From NCBI GenBank assembly GCA_049325335.1, contig JBMOMC010000001.1:128001-192000 (forward strand): a stretch of DNA of 64,000 bases, given 5' to 3'. Positions 63,708 through 64,000 of the stretch are shown here, piece by piece. Position numbers and translations under genes: made by a program. This DNA comes from Nitrospirota bacterium (GTDB taxonomy: Bacteria; Nitrospirota; Nitrospiria; 2-01-FULL-66-17). The notes under the pieces are model-generated. The model saw nothing but the letters and a program-made list of their open reading frames with translations. It was not told the DNA's origin and searched no databases. The stretch's first letter is position 1; each line of letters begins with the position of its first letter.

Positions 63708-64000
63708 TCATGCCGCGAGCGGCTGCTCGATCCAGCCCGGCTCCACCCCGTCGATGACTTGATCGATATCCAATAGGTCGGTGGTCAGCCCATCGATCAC
63801 CATCGACCCGCGGACCCCGGTTTTCCCGGACGGGGGCGTGTAGAGCGTCAGATGCACGTCCACCACGTCCAGAATCCGTCCCACGACCAGCCCGATACTC
63901 TTGCCCCGACGAGAAAATACGATCGCGGGCACGCGATCGCCGGGCTCGCTCGCGCCAGACACGCCGATCGCGTGATCAAGCCGCACCAACGGCATGAGAT
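63708..64000 (-). CDS. cheA: C-terminal CheW-like (P5) domain, probably of CheA; partial at the window edge
   Basis: MPLVRL, IGLVVGRILDVV, GSMVIDG...LLDI; lies upstream of cheW. Confidence 0.75.
   Translation of the reverse strand, partial: LMPLVRLDHAIGVSGASEPGDRVPAIVFSRRGKSIGLVVGRILDVVDVHLTLYTPPSGKTGVRGSMVIDGLTTDLLDIDQVIDGVEPGWIEQPLAA

Overview
GC-rich bacterial chromosomal window with nearly all genes on the minus strand. Gene content resembles Nitrospirota or deltaproteobacteria; this is inference only. There are four blocks. (1) 55-13225 is a metal-homeostasis island, in transcription order: nikR, an AT-rich promoter with a NikR-type inverted repeat, an OprB-like porin and a TroA-type binding protein, a His-rich leader ORF plus czcCBA efflux, then an RGPP-ending leader ORF plus an outer-membrane barrel, a binding protein and a permease. 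(2) 13239-24766 holds PCP_red-domain proteins, a CADD/TenA-like diiron enzyme, an Mrp ATPase, HU, DUF420, a DipZ-like protein, pseudopilins, PilZ, rpsF-ssb-rpsR, rnhC and a methyltransferase, with MITE-like repeats. (3) 24781-54420 holds late flagellar genes, with a nonulosonic-acid-type glycosylation island between flgL and fliC. (4) 54424-64000 is a chemotaxis cluster with decayed fragments and two receptors that share an apparently identical 709-bp signalling region. The best candidate for an undescribed system is a pair of small membrane-targeted leader ORFs. They share a WGLAxYL...SLQ segment and the same near-leaderless promoter layout, and each carries an anti-Shine-Dalgarno element. 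They may translationally gate the uptake and efflux modules. Other candidates are the PCP_red/diiron-oxidase/Mrp cassette and the unusual flagellin glycan pathway. I recognised no tRNA, rRNA, CRISPR array or intact transposase. All calls come from reading motifs by eye; no database searches were run.
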